40,965 nt of DNA from an uncultured bacterium. GTDB lineage: Bacteria; Patescibacteriota; Minisyncoccia; UBA6257; 2-01-FULL-56-20. The notes under the pieces were generated by a model, which had not been told where the DNA came from, searched no databases, and saw nothing but the letters and a program-made list of their open reading frames with translations. This document shows, in pieces, positions 26,141 to 33,984 of this stretch (its first letter is position 1; each line of letters starts with the position of its first letter). The translations under genes and the position numbers were made by a program. Location of the stretch: NCBI GenBank assembly GCA_963745135.1, contig CAVUWW010000047.1, positions 1-40,965 on the forward strand, given 5' to 3'.

Positions 26141-26704
26141 TTAAGATATATGACTTTGTAGGTCATTTTTTACCGGGTTGGGGTGTAAATTTTGCCCTTG
26201 TTGCCCAGTAATTTTTACACGGTTCGGCTTCACCCAAATCCCTGCGTCGAGCAGCGTGTACCCGTTCGAGCTCCGGCCCTTCGATCGGCTTATTTCGATG
26301 ATATGGTACTGCTCAAGCGACCGGAGCGATGCAAAGACCGTTTTCGGGCTCTTGATGCCCGACTCCTGCATGATCTTCGCCACGGAGGGATAACAGACTT
26401 GCGTCCGGGCGTTCGCGAATTTGCAAAGCACGGCATACACCGCAAGCGCGCTCAACGGCAGCACCTCGCCGTAGCGTTCGGAAAAATATTCGTTGTCGAT
26501 CCACAAGCGCGTTTTCTTGTTCCGTGGGCGGACGGGCAGCGCGATTTTATCGCGCCGCTCGTCCATCTGTTTTTTGAACCTATCGAGGTAATGTCCGTCA
26601 AAGAGGTTGTTCATGGTCGTCATTGCCATATTTTCCGCCTGCGCCTTGGTGATGGGGCGATAGATCACATCGAAGAGCGTCAGGAGGGCGATGGCTTTCG
26701 GCAT
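26141..26704 (-). CDS. Winged-helix DNA-binding protein (replication/regulatory type common on mobile elements)
   Basis: LSALAVYAVLCKFANARTQVCYPSVAKIMQESGIKSPKTVFASLRSLEQYHIIE is a wHTH pattern. The in-frame upstream sequence SLAEFKRIWKSEYGTEITDEEA suggests the true start may lie further 5' or be non-ATG. Confidence 0.55.
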   Translation of the reverse strand: MPKAIALLTLFDVIYRPITKAQAENMAMTTMNNLFDGHYLDRFKKQMDERRDKIALPVRPRNKKTRLWIDNEYFSERYGEVLPLSALAVYAVLCKFANARTQVCYPSVAKIMQESGIKSPKTVFASLRSLEQYHIIEISRSKGRSSNGYTLLDAGIWVKPNRVKITGQQGQNLHPNPVKNDLQSHIS

Positions 26705-26785
26705 CGCCTCCTCGTCCGTGATCTCCGTCCCGTATTCGGACTTCCAGATCCGTTTGAATTCCGCCAGGCTTCAGGCGAAACCATC

Positions 26786-27037
26786 CTAGTGGCGGTAGAT
26801 CCGCGTTTTAAAGACCTTCAGCTGGTTGAAGTAGCTTTGCGGCTCGATGAGAAGCTCGCCGCGCCAAAAGCGGTTCACAATGTCTTGGAGCTTTTCGGAC
26901 TTCGCGAAGATGAAATTCATCCGCTCGCCGTCCGACTGCTGCATCGCTTCGATCGCAATCCCCAAAACTGAAATAGCCGTCGCAAGGGCGAGGTCCGAGG
27001 TGCGGAAAAAGAAATTCGTATCATCGTACATTGGCAT
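26786..27037 (-). CDS. DUF5659-like small protein
   Basis: FRTSDLALATAISVLG...MNFIFAKSEKLQDIVNRFW...YFNQLKVFKTRIY matches my recollection of the DUF5659 pattern. Confidence 0.55.
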   Translation of the reverse strand: MPMYDDTNFFFRTSDLALATAISVLGIAIEAMQQSDGERMNFIFAKSEKLQDIVNRFWRGELLIEPQSYFNQLKVFKTRIYRH

Positions 27038-27164
27038 TGGTGGTCTTTTTTTCGTTCGACCTTTGTACGATGGTGGCGAAATTCACCCGAACGGATACAG
27101 GGAATGAAAAGCCCCTGATTTTTCAGGGGCTTCCTAAAGCACGATATTCACCGGAGGCGGGGTA

Positions 27165-27980
27165 TTATTCACCCGCGCTATCCTGCTCTTTCAGCCAATC
27201 CCGCGTTTGCTCGTCCGTATCGTTCACGAGGGGCGCTTGATCGGCGTAGTAGGAGCGGATTTCGGCGGAGAGCGGATCGGCAACATCCGTCGCCGTCTCC
27301 GTTTCCTGCATCATGAGTTTCATTTTGATGCGGTATGAATTTTTGTAGCCATACGCATGAAACGGATCGTAATCGATCCGGAAATATGACTTGAGCGTTT
27401 TTGAAAGCAGCTCTTTCTGCTTCTTGTAGCGGGGATCGATCTCTCCCTTGTTATTCCTGAACGAAATCTCGCCATGGAGCTTTGCCAAGACAAACAGGAA
27501 TTTCCATTGCTCGTTGGGGCGCGGCGCTTTCCCGCGATTGTCCGCGAAGCCCATATCGGCGTAGCTCGCGTGGCGCTCGAACTGCCCGGCGCGAATGATG
27601 ACATTTTCATCGCCAATGAATTGGAGCGAGATGTTCTGCCACGGCGTGCCTGCGGGGAGCATATCCTCAAATTTCGCCTCAACAGGGCTTAGGGCTTTCG
27701 CAAGCGTGAAGTAGCCCAAGATGCCTTCTTCGGTCAAAGGAACGCTGTAGCGGTAAACGATCGCGAAGAAGGCGAGGAGCTGCTCGTGATACGGTACGGT
27801 GATCGCGCCGAACTGGAGATAGCTTTGGATGAGATCCGACGCTTCGAGGCGCATGGCAATCCACGCCATCGCAGCGAAGGCGATCGAGGCGTAAAAATAT
27901 TTGGACCGCAAAACGGCGAGATAATAGTCCGCTGCCCGGTAATTGAATGATTGTATCGTCATGGTCATTGGTGCGCGCAT
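27165..27980 (-). CDS. Hypothetical protein (271 aa)
   Basis: Long ORF in the minus-strand gene string that leads to the recombinase. No recognised family. Confidence 0.55.
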   Translation of the reverse strand: MRAPMTMTIQSFNYRAADYYLAVLRSKYFYASIAFAAMAWIAMRLEASDLIQSYLQFGAITVPYHEQLLAFFAIVYRYSVPLTEEGILGYFTLAKALSPVEAKFEDMLPAGTPWQNISLQFIGDENVIIRAGQFERHASYADMGFADNRGKAPRPNEQWKFLFVLAKLHGEISFRNNKGEIDPRYKKQKELLSKTLKSYFRIDYDPFHAYGYKNSYRIKMKLMMQETETATDVADPLSAEIRSYYADQAPLVNDTDEQTRDWLKEQDSAGE

Positions 27981-28131
27981 TACTGCGAGTTAGCAGACTT
28001 CCCCAGTTAAAATGAAGGGAAGTTCCGGGTCGCTCGGCCGCTTGGCGACACGGTCTGTTCCCTTCATTTTACAGCGGCGCGTCAAGGAGAGTCCAAAGCC
28101 TATGTGTTGATAACTTCGCAAATATATATGG

Positions 28132-28400
28132 TTATTGCGTTTTTTCGAGGGTCTCCGAGATGTAGACGATATGCTCCTTTCGGGTGCTGATCCGTTCCTT
28201 GCGATGCCGTCCGTCCTTGTACTCGACAAGGCAGATGAAGGAAACCGACCCGTCCGGCTTCTCTTCGATTCTTCCGCCCGCATGGCGCGGTTCGCCCCCA
28301 AGAGGCAAATCCACGTTTCTCCTTTGTTGTTTTTGATCATGTTTTTATAGCGATAAAAAATGACGATGCCGACCTTTGGGGTCATGGACATCGTCATCAA
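28132..28400 (-). CDS. Small hypothetical protein, apparently frameshifted near 28310
   Basis: MTMSMTPKVGIVIFYRYKNMIKNNKGETW (frame of ORF 27990-28400) continues sensibly as DLPLGGEPRHAGGRIEEKPDGSVSFICLVEYKDG... (ORF 28132-28314). Confidence 0.3.
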
Positions 28401-28533
28401 TAAAATAATTATACCTCAAAACGCCGCTCGTGTGAGGCGCGGCTTTCAATCTGCGATCCCTATCGGCTAGGCTATAACCACCGTTTCCCAATCCGGACGG
28501 CGCGGGCGCGGGCAGTACCCTAAAAACAAAATA

Positions 28534-29626
28534 ATGAAAACAATAACCCAAGAGGAATATCAGCGGAAAATCGCTGACACTCAAAACGCCCAAGAAATCA
28601 GCACTTTCGTGAAGGAATATACGATCGGCGAGGCGAAATGCTAAAAAAACACGGGCGGTCGTCCCAGGAAGTTCGTCGATCTTCCCACGCCATCCTCCAA
28701 TGAAAGCTGGAAGGAGTTTGCGGGCAACGACCTCGAAGAGAAGGTCATCGCCCTCTACGCAAAAGGTCTCACGACGCGCGACATCATGAATTACGTGAAG
28801 GAGCATCATCATACCGAAATCTCACAGGCGACGATCTCGAACATCACGGACAAGGTGTATCCGCTCATCAAGGAATGGCAGGCGCGTCCGCTCGCCTCGG
28901 TCTACGCCTTCGTCTATCTCGACGGCCTGCGGTTCAAGGTGCGCGATGGCGGCAAGATCGTGAACAAGTGCGCGTACATCGCGCTCGGCATCAGCAGCCA
29001 GGGGCAAAAAGAGGTTCTCGGCATCTGGATCGCCGAGACGGAGAGCGCGAAGTTCTGGATGGGCATCCTGAACGAGCTCAAGAACCGCGGCGTCGATGAT
29101 GTTCTCATCGCATGCGTCGACGGCCTGCGGGGATTTTCGGAAGCGATCAAGGCAATCTATCCCGACGCCGAGATCCAGCAGTGCATCGTGCATCAGATAC
29201 GGCATACGGTAAAATTCATGCCCAACAAGGATCGCGAGCTATTCTGCGAGGACCTCAAGACGATTTATGCCGCGCCGACCGAGGAGGCCGGACATGATGC
29301 GTTGGAGAAGGTAAAGGAGAAATGGCCGCGCTACCAGCCGTACCTCAAGAGCTGGGAGGACAAGTGGAGCGAGCTCGCCCCGTTCTTCGCGTATCCCGAA
29401 GCAATCCGCAATGCGATGTACACGACGAACGCGATCGAGTCATTAAATCACTCGATTCAGGAAGGTGACGAAGACCACGACCGTCTTCCCGCACGACGAG
29501 TCGCTGGAGAAGCTCCTCTGGCTCGCGCAGGACGATATCGCGAAGAAATGGATCAAGCCGAACCGCAATTGGGGCGATACAATCACCCAGCTTGCGATCC
29601 TTTACCCCGAAAAGCTTGAACTCTAA
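28534..29626 (+). pseudogene. IS256-family transposase, disrupted by an in-frame stop and a frameshift
   Basis: The core ORF 28786-29619 has IS256 motifs (YAKGLTTRDI, VYLDGLRFKVRDGG, ACVDGLRGF, IQQCIVHQIRH, TTNAIESLN). TAA at 28642 lies in frame inside an A7 run. After about 29460 the sensible C-terminus KVTKTTTVFPHDESLEKLLWLAQDDIAKKW...EKLEL is in the +1 frame. Confidence 0.8.
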
Positions 29627-29682
29627 TAGAAACCTAAAATAAACGCTGTTCGCACGCAGTGCCGTCCGGAGGGGAAATGGCG

Positions 29683-29728
29683 ATATCCAAACTTTGGATA
29701 TTGACAAATTAGATGGACGATTTAGTAT
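29683..29728 (+). promoter_or_regulatory. Palindromic operator candidate overlapping a promoter upstream of the XRE gene
   Basis: ATATCCAAA-C-TTTGGATAT (29683-29701) abuts TTGACA (29701-29706). A 16-nt spacer is followed by TAGTAT (29723-28), directly before ATG 29729, so the mRNA would be leaderless or nearly so. Confidence 0.4.
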
Positions 29729-29950
29729 ATGACTAAGTCCGTTCAGACTAAGGAATACGCCTATTTCGTCGAGCGCCTGAGGAAAGCACGCCTCGAAGCT
29801 GGGCTATCCCAAGATCAAGTGGCAAAGAAGATCCATCGCCCGCAATCCCATATTTCAAACATCGAATCGGGGCAGCAGCGGGTGGATGTGGTTGAGCTCC
29901 AGCGGTTTGCGAAGCTCTACGGGAAGGGCATCGGATATTTCATAAAATAA
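29729..29950 (+). CDS. XRE-family helix-turn-helix transcriptional regulator
   Basis: 73 aa. LRKARLEAGLSQDQVAKKIHRPQSHISNIESGQQRVDVVEL is a canonical HTH_3 signature. Confidence 0.85.
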   Translation: MTKSVQTKEYAYFVERLRKARLEAGLSQDQVAKKIHRPQSHISNIESGQQRVDVVELQRFAKLYGKGIGYFIK

Positions 29951-29956
29951 TCATCC

Positions 29957-30619
29957 ATGAGCATACTCGTCGTAATTCTTCTGATAATAATAGCGTACAT
30001 ACTTTGGCGTATTTATCGACAGCGGGAAGATGAAAAAGAGCAGATCGCCAATGAGAAGCTTGATGCTGAATACGAGCGGAAAAAGAAAGAGAAATTTAAA
30101 GATTATCCTCATTTATACAAAAATATTGAATCAAGCTGGATTGAAGTATTTTCTTCGCACGCTAACAATGGCATACCCCTTCTAAAAATAGCTTTTCTGC
30201 TATATCTCCACGAATCAACGAAAATAGATCTTTCTCCCGGATCGTTTAATTGGGACACATTTTGGGATTTTACGGAAGAATTATTGGAACACCTCGAAAA
30301 ATTTCATGAAGGCTCCGCTCTCGAACATGAAATTGCAATTTGCACTTATTGGCAGTTAGCGGCCGGGGCATTAGGAGAACTCATAGAGAAAAGTCCGAAT
30401 AAGGAGATGCACTCATCGGGTCGTCCAAGTGCGGAGATTGAAGAAGGGAAATTGGCAGTAGAGCCATACACCGACATTTCAAAGATCGCCTCTTGGTTTC
30501 CTAAAAAAGCTAATCATCCAGTCGAAGAAATTTCTTTTACTGACGATAAAGGCAAGTTTCCTAGAGAATCAAAAGGGTCGGCCTATATTCACGAGAAATT
30601 AAAGACTCTAGGGCTTTAA
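29957..30619 (+). CDS. Membrane-anchored hypothetical protein (220 aa)
   Basis: N-terminal TM helix (ILVVILLIIIAYILW), then a charged coiled segment and a soluble domain. It lies 7 nt after the XRE stop and is visibly AT-richer than the flanks. Confidence 0.6.
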   Translation: MSILVVILLIIIAYILWRIYRQREDEKEQIANEKLDAEYERKKKEKFKDYPHLYKNIESSWIEVFSSHANNGIPLLKIAFLLYLHESTKIDLSPGSFNWDTFWDFTEELLEHLEKFHEGSALEHEIAICTYWQLAAGALGELIEKSPNKEMHSSGRPSAEIEEGKLAVEPYTDISKIASWFPKKANHPVEEISFTDDKGKFPRESKGSAYIHEKLKTLGL

Positions 30620-30628
30620 AATATAGAA

Positions 30629-31213
30629 ATGGCAAACGACGATGGTTTGCGGGAACGGGTGCTGAAGAAAAAGGCTGCCGTACAGCATGCAATACAGTTT
30701 GACGCTGAAAAAAGAGAACAATTCGAAAAACACTATCGGGAATATTTAGATCGCCTTATCACCGCATCCGGCATTTTTGCCGGAGTAACGGGGGCTTTGC
30801 TTGCAAGCTCCATTATGCAGGTAAAAATTCTTACCGAGATAGGGCTATTGTTTCAAGTGCTTTGTGTTATTTTTGTTTTTTACGCCTTCAAGAGCGGTTT
30901 AGTACTTTCGGGAAAGTTAATCAGATACGTTATGGGAATAGATAAAACATTTAGCGATTTTCATTATAAATTGACGACTTTTTTAAGGGGCGACATTGAT
31001 GCTGATGCCCTCAAAACGGAATGGGATAAATTTGACAGTGATTATCCACAAGTGAGGGATAATGCAACATTTTCCGAAATCGAAAAAGAGGAAGAAAAAT
31101 CATTCAGTAAATTGGACTCGCCTTGGCACGAAATGAATATAGCTTTTTGGTTATTTGCGTTGGGGCTGGGAATGGTTTTGCTCTCTGTTATATTTCCGTA
31201 TTTTTTAAAATAA
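30629..31213 (+). CDS. Membrane protein (194 aa, about 3 TM), hypothetical
   Basis: Tightly spaced in the same operon with hydrophobic segments. No recognised family. Confidence 0.6.
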   Translation: MANDDGLRERVLKKKAAVQHAIQFDAEKREQFEKHYREYLDRLITASGIFAGVTGALLASSIMQVKILTEIGLLFQVLCVIFVFYAFKSGLVLSGKLIRYVMGIDKTFSDFHYKLTTFLRGDIDADALKTEWDKFDSDYPQVRDNATFSEIEKEEEKSFSKLDSPWHEMNIAFWLFALGLGMVLLSVIFPYFLK

Positions 31214-31228
31214 ACAAATTCTATAAAA

Positions 31229-31795
31229 ATGAGCACGAATGAGGGCGAGAGCGTTCTTACGAAAAAACATGAAATAAAGCCAAGCCAAGCCAGAAAAATT
31301 TGGGCTGTCCTTTTTGGGATAATCGGCTTAATACTACTGATTTTTAACCAATCCGGTGATTATTCGGCTGTCGCATTATTTATTGTGTTGTCCTTGTTAC
31401 TTTTTCTTTGGCCATCCATCGTAGTATGGCTGAAAAAGACCGGAATCATCCGACCGCCGCGAGCGTTTGCCTCGCCGGGAGAAAAAGCCGCGCATACGAA
31501 AGAGCGTGAGCGTAAATTTTTCATCAAAGTGGGCAAATTTGCTCGACCGCTTATTATTATCGGCATTATAATATGGGCGTTCAGCACGATACCCAACATT
31601 GGGAATGTACCGATTTCGCAGCTGACGCTTGCGGATATCGCCGGGCTCATTTTCCATATCATTATTGGGGTCGCTTCCATTTTTTGGCTTTTCAAAGGAT
31701 CGGAGGAAGAATTTTATGAAGGATGGGGTTGTTTTGGGGTACTTGTTGTTGCTGGTGCCATCGTCGCATATTTTTATTTCCAAAATCACCCATGA
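31229..31795 (+). CDS. Polytopic membrane protein (188 aa), hypothetical
   Basis: Four to five hydrophobic helices. An ATGA overlap joins it to the next gene. Confidence 0.6.
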   Translation: MSTNEGESVLTKKHEIKPSQARKIWAVLFGIIGLILLIFNQSGDYSAVALFIVLSLLLFLWPSIVVWLKKTGIIRPPRAFASPGEKAAHTKERERKFFIKVGKFARPLIIIGIIIWAFSTIPNIGNVPISQLTLADIAGLIFHIIIGVASIFWLFKGSEEEFYEGWGCFGVLVVAGAIVAYFYFQNHP

Positions 31796-32052
31796 CAAAC
31801 GCTTTAATCGTCCTTATTGTCGCTCTTGCCTTCCTATTGATCGGTTTCCTTTGGGGCAAAGGGAAGCAGCGCGAGGAATCTTTCAAGGAAACAAAGCGGG
31901 CTATCGAGGGACAGCGGGCCACCATCAAAGGGAAAGTTGCCGAGAACGTTACCCCGCTTCTTCCCGATTTCGAGAAGCAGTTCCCAAACCTGAATATTAC
32001 CGACGCGCGATTCATCGGGGAACCGATTGATTACCTCTTTTCGAGGGGATGA
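31792..32052 (+). CDS. Holliday-junction-resolvase-like (restriction-endonuclease-fold) protein, N-terminal fragment with TM anchor
   Basis: MTNALIVLIVALAFLLIGFLWG..., then ...KGKVAENVTPLLPDF...DARFIGEPIDYL. The frame is lost in the T4 run at 32038-32041. Confidence 0.55.
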   Translation: MTNALIVLIVALAFLLIGFLWGKGKQREESFKETKRAIEGQRATIKGKVAENVTPLLPDFEKQFPNLNITDARFIGEPIDYLFSRG

Positions 32053-32207
32053 GCGAAGGGAAAATTAACAAAGTCCTTTTTCTTGAGGTGAAGTCGGGAA
32101 AGCGCCCCCGTCTCAACGATCACGAAGATTCCTTGAAGGCAGTCGTTGATGATGCCGAAAAGAGGGGCGCGAATATCGGATGGCGGGAATATGATGTTTT
32201 AAAATAA
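32049..32207 (+). CDS. Holliday-junction-resolvase-like protein, C-terminal fragment
   Basis: The +1 frame continues FEGMSEGKINKVLFLEVKSGKRPRLNDHEDSLKAVVDDAEKRG..., an E-x-K nuclease core. Confidence 0.5.
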   Translation: MSEGKINKVLFLEVKSGKRPRLNDHEDSLKAVVDDAEKRGANIGWREYDVLK

Positions 32208-32293
32208 GTCCGAACATCCTCTACTACCCCCCGCCCATTGGTGCGGTGTCGATTTGGGAAAAATGGCGGGAAAAAGGTTATAATCTGACAGAT

Positions 32294-33082
32294 ATGATCC
32301 AAGTAAGCGGCTTGACCAAAAAATACGGCGATTTTACGGCGGTGGACAACGTCTCGTTCACGGTGAACGACGGCGAGGTGTACGCCTTTCTCGGGCCGAA
32401 CGGCGCGGGCAAGACCACTACCGTGAAGATGCTCACGACGCTGCTCCATCCCAACGCGGGAACCGTCAAGCTCGAAGGCATTGATCCGGTGCGCGAACCG
32501 GAGCTCGCACGCCGGCAGTTCGGCATTGTGTTCCAGGATCCGAGCTTGGACGACGACCTGACCGCTTGGGAAAACATGGATTTGCACGGGGTGCTTTACG
32601 ACGTGCCGGACGATGCGCGGAAGAAGGGATGCGAGGAGTTGCTGAAGTTCGTTGACCTGTGGGACCGCAAGGACAGCTTGGTCAAGGAATTTTCTGGCGG
32701 CATGAAGCGGCGGCTCGAAATCGCGCGCGGGCTTTTGCATGAGCCAAAGATTCTCTTCCTCGACGAGCCGACGACGGGCCTCGATCCGCAAACGAGAAAC
32801 CTCATGTGGGACCGCCTGCAGGACCTCAACAAGACCAAGGGCATGACGATTTTCCTCACGACCCACTATATGGAAGAAGCCGACCGGATGGCGAACCGCA
32901 TAGCCATCATGGACGAGGGCAAGATCGTCGCCACTGGGACGCCGGACGAATTGAAGAAGCAGACGAACACCGAATTCCTCGAAGACGCGTTCCTCGCGCT
33001 CACGGGCAAGACCATCCGCGACGAAGGCGCTGGTTCCGCCGATAAGGCGAGAACCATGGGCCGCCGAATGGGAAGAAGGTAA
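32294..33082 (+). CDS. ABC transporter ATP-binding protein (DrrA/ABC-2 type)
   Basis: Walker A (GPNGAGKTT), signature (FSGGMKRRL), Walker B (ILFLDEPTTGLD) and an H-loop. ATG 32294 (MIQVSGLTKKYG) is preferred over GTG 32246. TATAAT at 32279-84 lies 10 nt upstream. Confidence 0.9.
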   Translation: MIQVSGLTKKYGDFTAVDNVSFTVNDGEVYAFLGPNGAGKTTTVKMLTTLLHPNAGTVKLEGIDPVREPELARRQFGIVFQDPSLDDDLTAWENMDLHGVLYDVPDDARKKGCEELLKFVDLWDRKDSLVKEFSGGMKRRLEIARGLLHEPKILFLDEPTTGLDPQTRNLMWDRLQDLNKTKGMTIFLTTHYMEEADRMANRIAIMDEGKIVATGTPDELKKQTNTEFLEDAFLALTGKTIRDEGAGSADKARTMGRRMGRR

Positions 33083-33086
33083 AGAA

Positions 33087-33173
33087 TAGGGTATGGGGTT
33101 TAGGGTATGGGGTATAGGGTGCGAAACTCTTAACCCTAGACCCTATACCCTATACCCCAGACCCTAGACCCTA
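33087..33173. repeat. Imperfect palindrome built from period-7 GGGTATN/CCCTATA units between the ABC ATPase and permease genes
   Basis: The left arm (33087-33120) is made of GGGTAT(G/A) units and the right arm (33133-33173) of CCCTA(T/G)A units. A related single arm lies at 19823-19856. Confidence 0.7.
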
Positions 33174-33922
33174 TGAAAAAAATCTATTATCTTTGGCTTC
33201 GGCAGATCAAAAAATATGTGCGCTCGCGGGCGCGCATGATCGGCACGCTCGCCCAGCCGATCATCTTCCTCGTCATGTTCGGCTATGGCTTCGGCGGCGC
33301 TTTCGGCTCTGGCGGCGGCAACTATCTCGACTACCTCGCACCAGGCATCATCGGCATGAGCATCATTTTTACCGCCATTTTCACCGGCATCGAGGTGATT
33401 TGGGACCGCCAGTTCGGGTTCCTAAAGGAAACGCTCGTCGCCCCGATGTCGCGCACCGACGTCATGATCGGCAGGACGGTGGGCGGCGCGACGGTCGCAA
33501 CCATCCAGGGCATCATCGTGCTGCTTATATCCACCTTTTTCGGTTTCCATCCGACAAGCTGGTTCGCAATCATTCCCGCGATATTCTTCATGTTCCTGAT
33601 CGCGCTCATTTTCTCTTCCATCGGCACCATCATCGGCTCGTTCCTCGACGATATGCAGGCTTTTTCGCTCATCATGAATTTTTTGGTCATGCCGCTTTTC
33701 TTCCTTTCCGGCGCGCTTTTCGAGCTGCAGGGACTGCCGAGCTGGCTCACGTTCATCTCCCGCATTGACCCCTTGACCTACGGCGTTGACGCCCTGCGCG
33801 TTTTACTCGCGAACATCGGCCACCACGATTTGGGGCTGGGGACGGACACGCTCGTCCTCGTGGGGATGGCGCTGCTGTTCTCGTTGCTCGGCGGCTACTT
33901 CTTCGAAAAAATTCAAGTTTGA
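33173..33922 (+). CDS. ABC-2 type transporter permease
   Basis: 249 aa with six hydrophobic segments. Directly downstream of the ATPase. Confidence 0.85.
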   Translation: MKKIYYLWLRQIKKYVRSRARMIGTLAQPIIFLVMFGYGFGGAFGSGGGNYLDYLAPGIIGMSIIFTAIFTGIEVIWDRQFGFLKETLVAPMSRTDVMIGRTVGGATVATIQGIIVLLISTFFGFHPTSWFAIIPAIFFMFLIALIFSSIGTIIGSFLDDMQAFSLIMNFLVMPLFFLSGALFELQGLPSWLTFISRIDPLTYGVDALRVLLANIGHHDLGLGTDTLVLVGMALLFSLLGGYFFEKIQV

Positions 33923-33984
33923 CCCAGTATGTTGTATAATGCGAAGGTTCCTTCCTTCAATCCCTTCAAAGATCCCATAATTCC

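Larger units (their letters stand above)
24418..32210. mobile_element. Putative integrated element (serine-recombinase type); boundaries uncertain
   Basis: A recombinase gene adjacent to the tRNA locus, DUF5659 and wHTH genes, an IS256 remnant, a low-GC cargo operon and a cluster of disrupted reading frames. No att repeats were identified. Confidence 0.45.

Noticed and set aside
28642-28650. Programmed frameshifting on the A7 run of the IS256-like gene
   Set aside because: The flanking reading frames are the same frame, interrupted by TAA, so slippage would not rescue it. IS256 transposases are not known to use recoding, so decay or an indel error is more likely.
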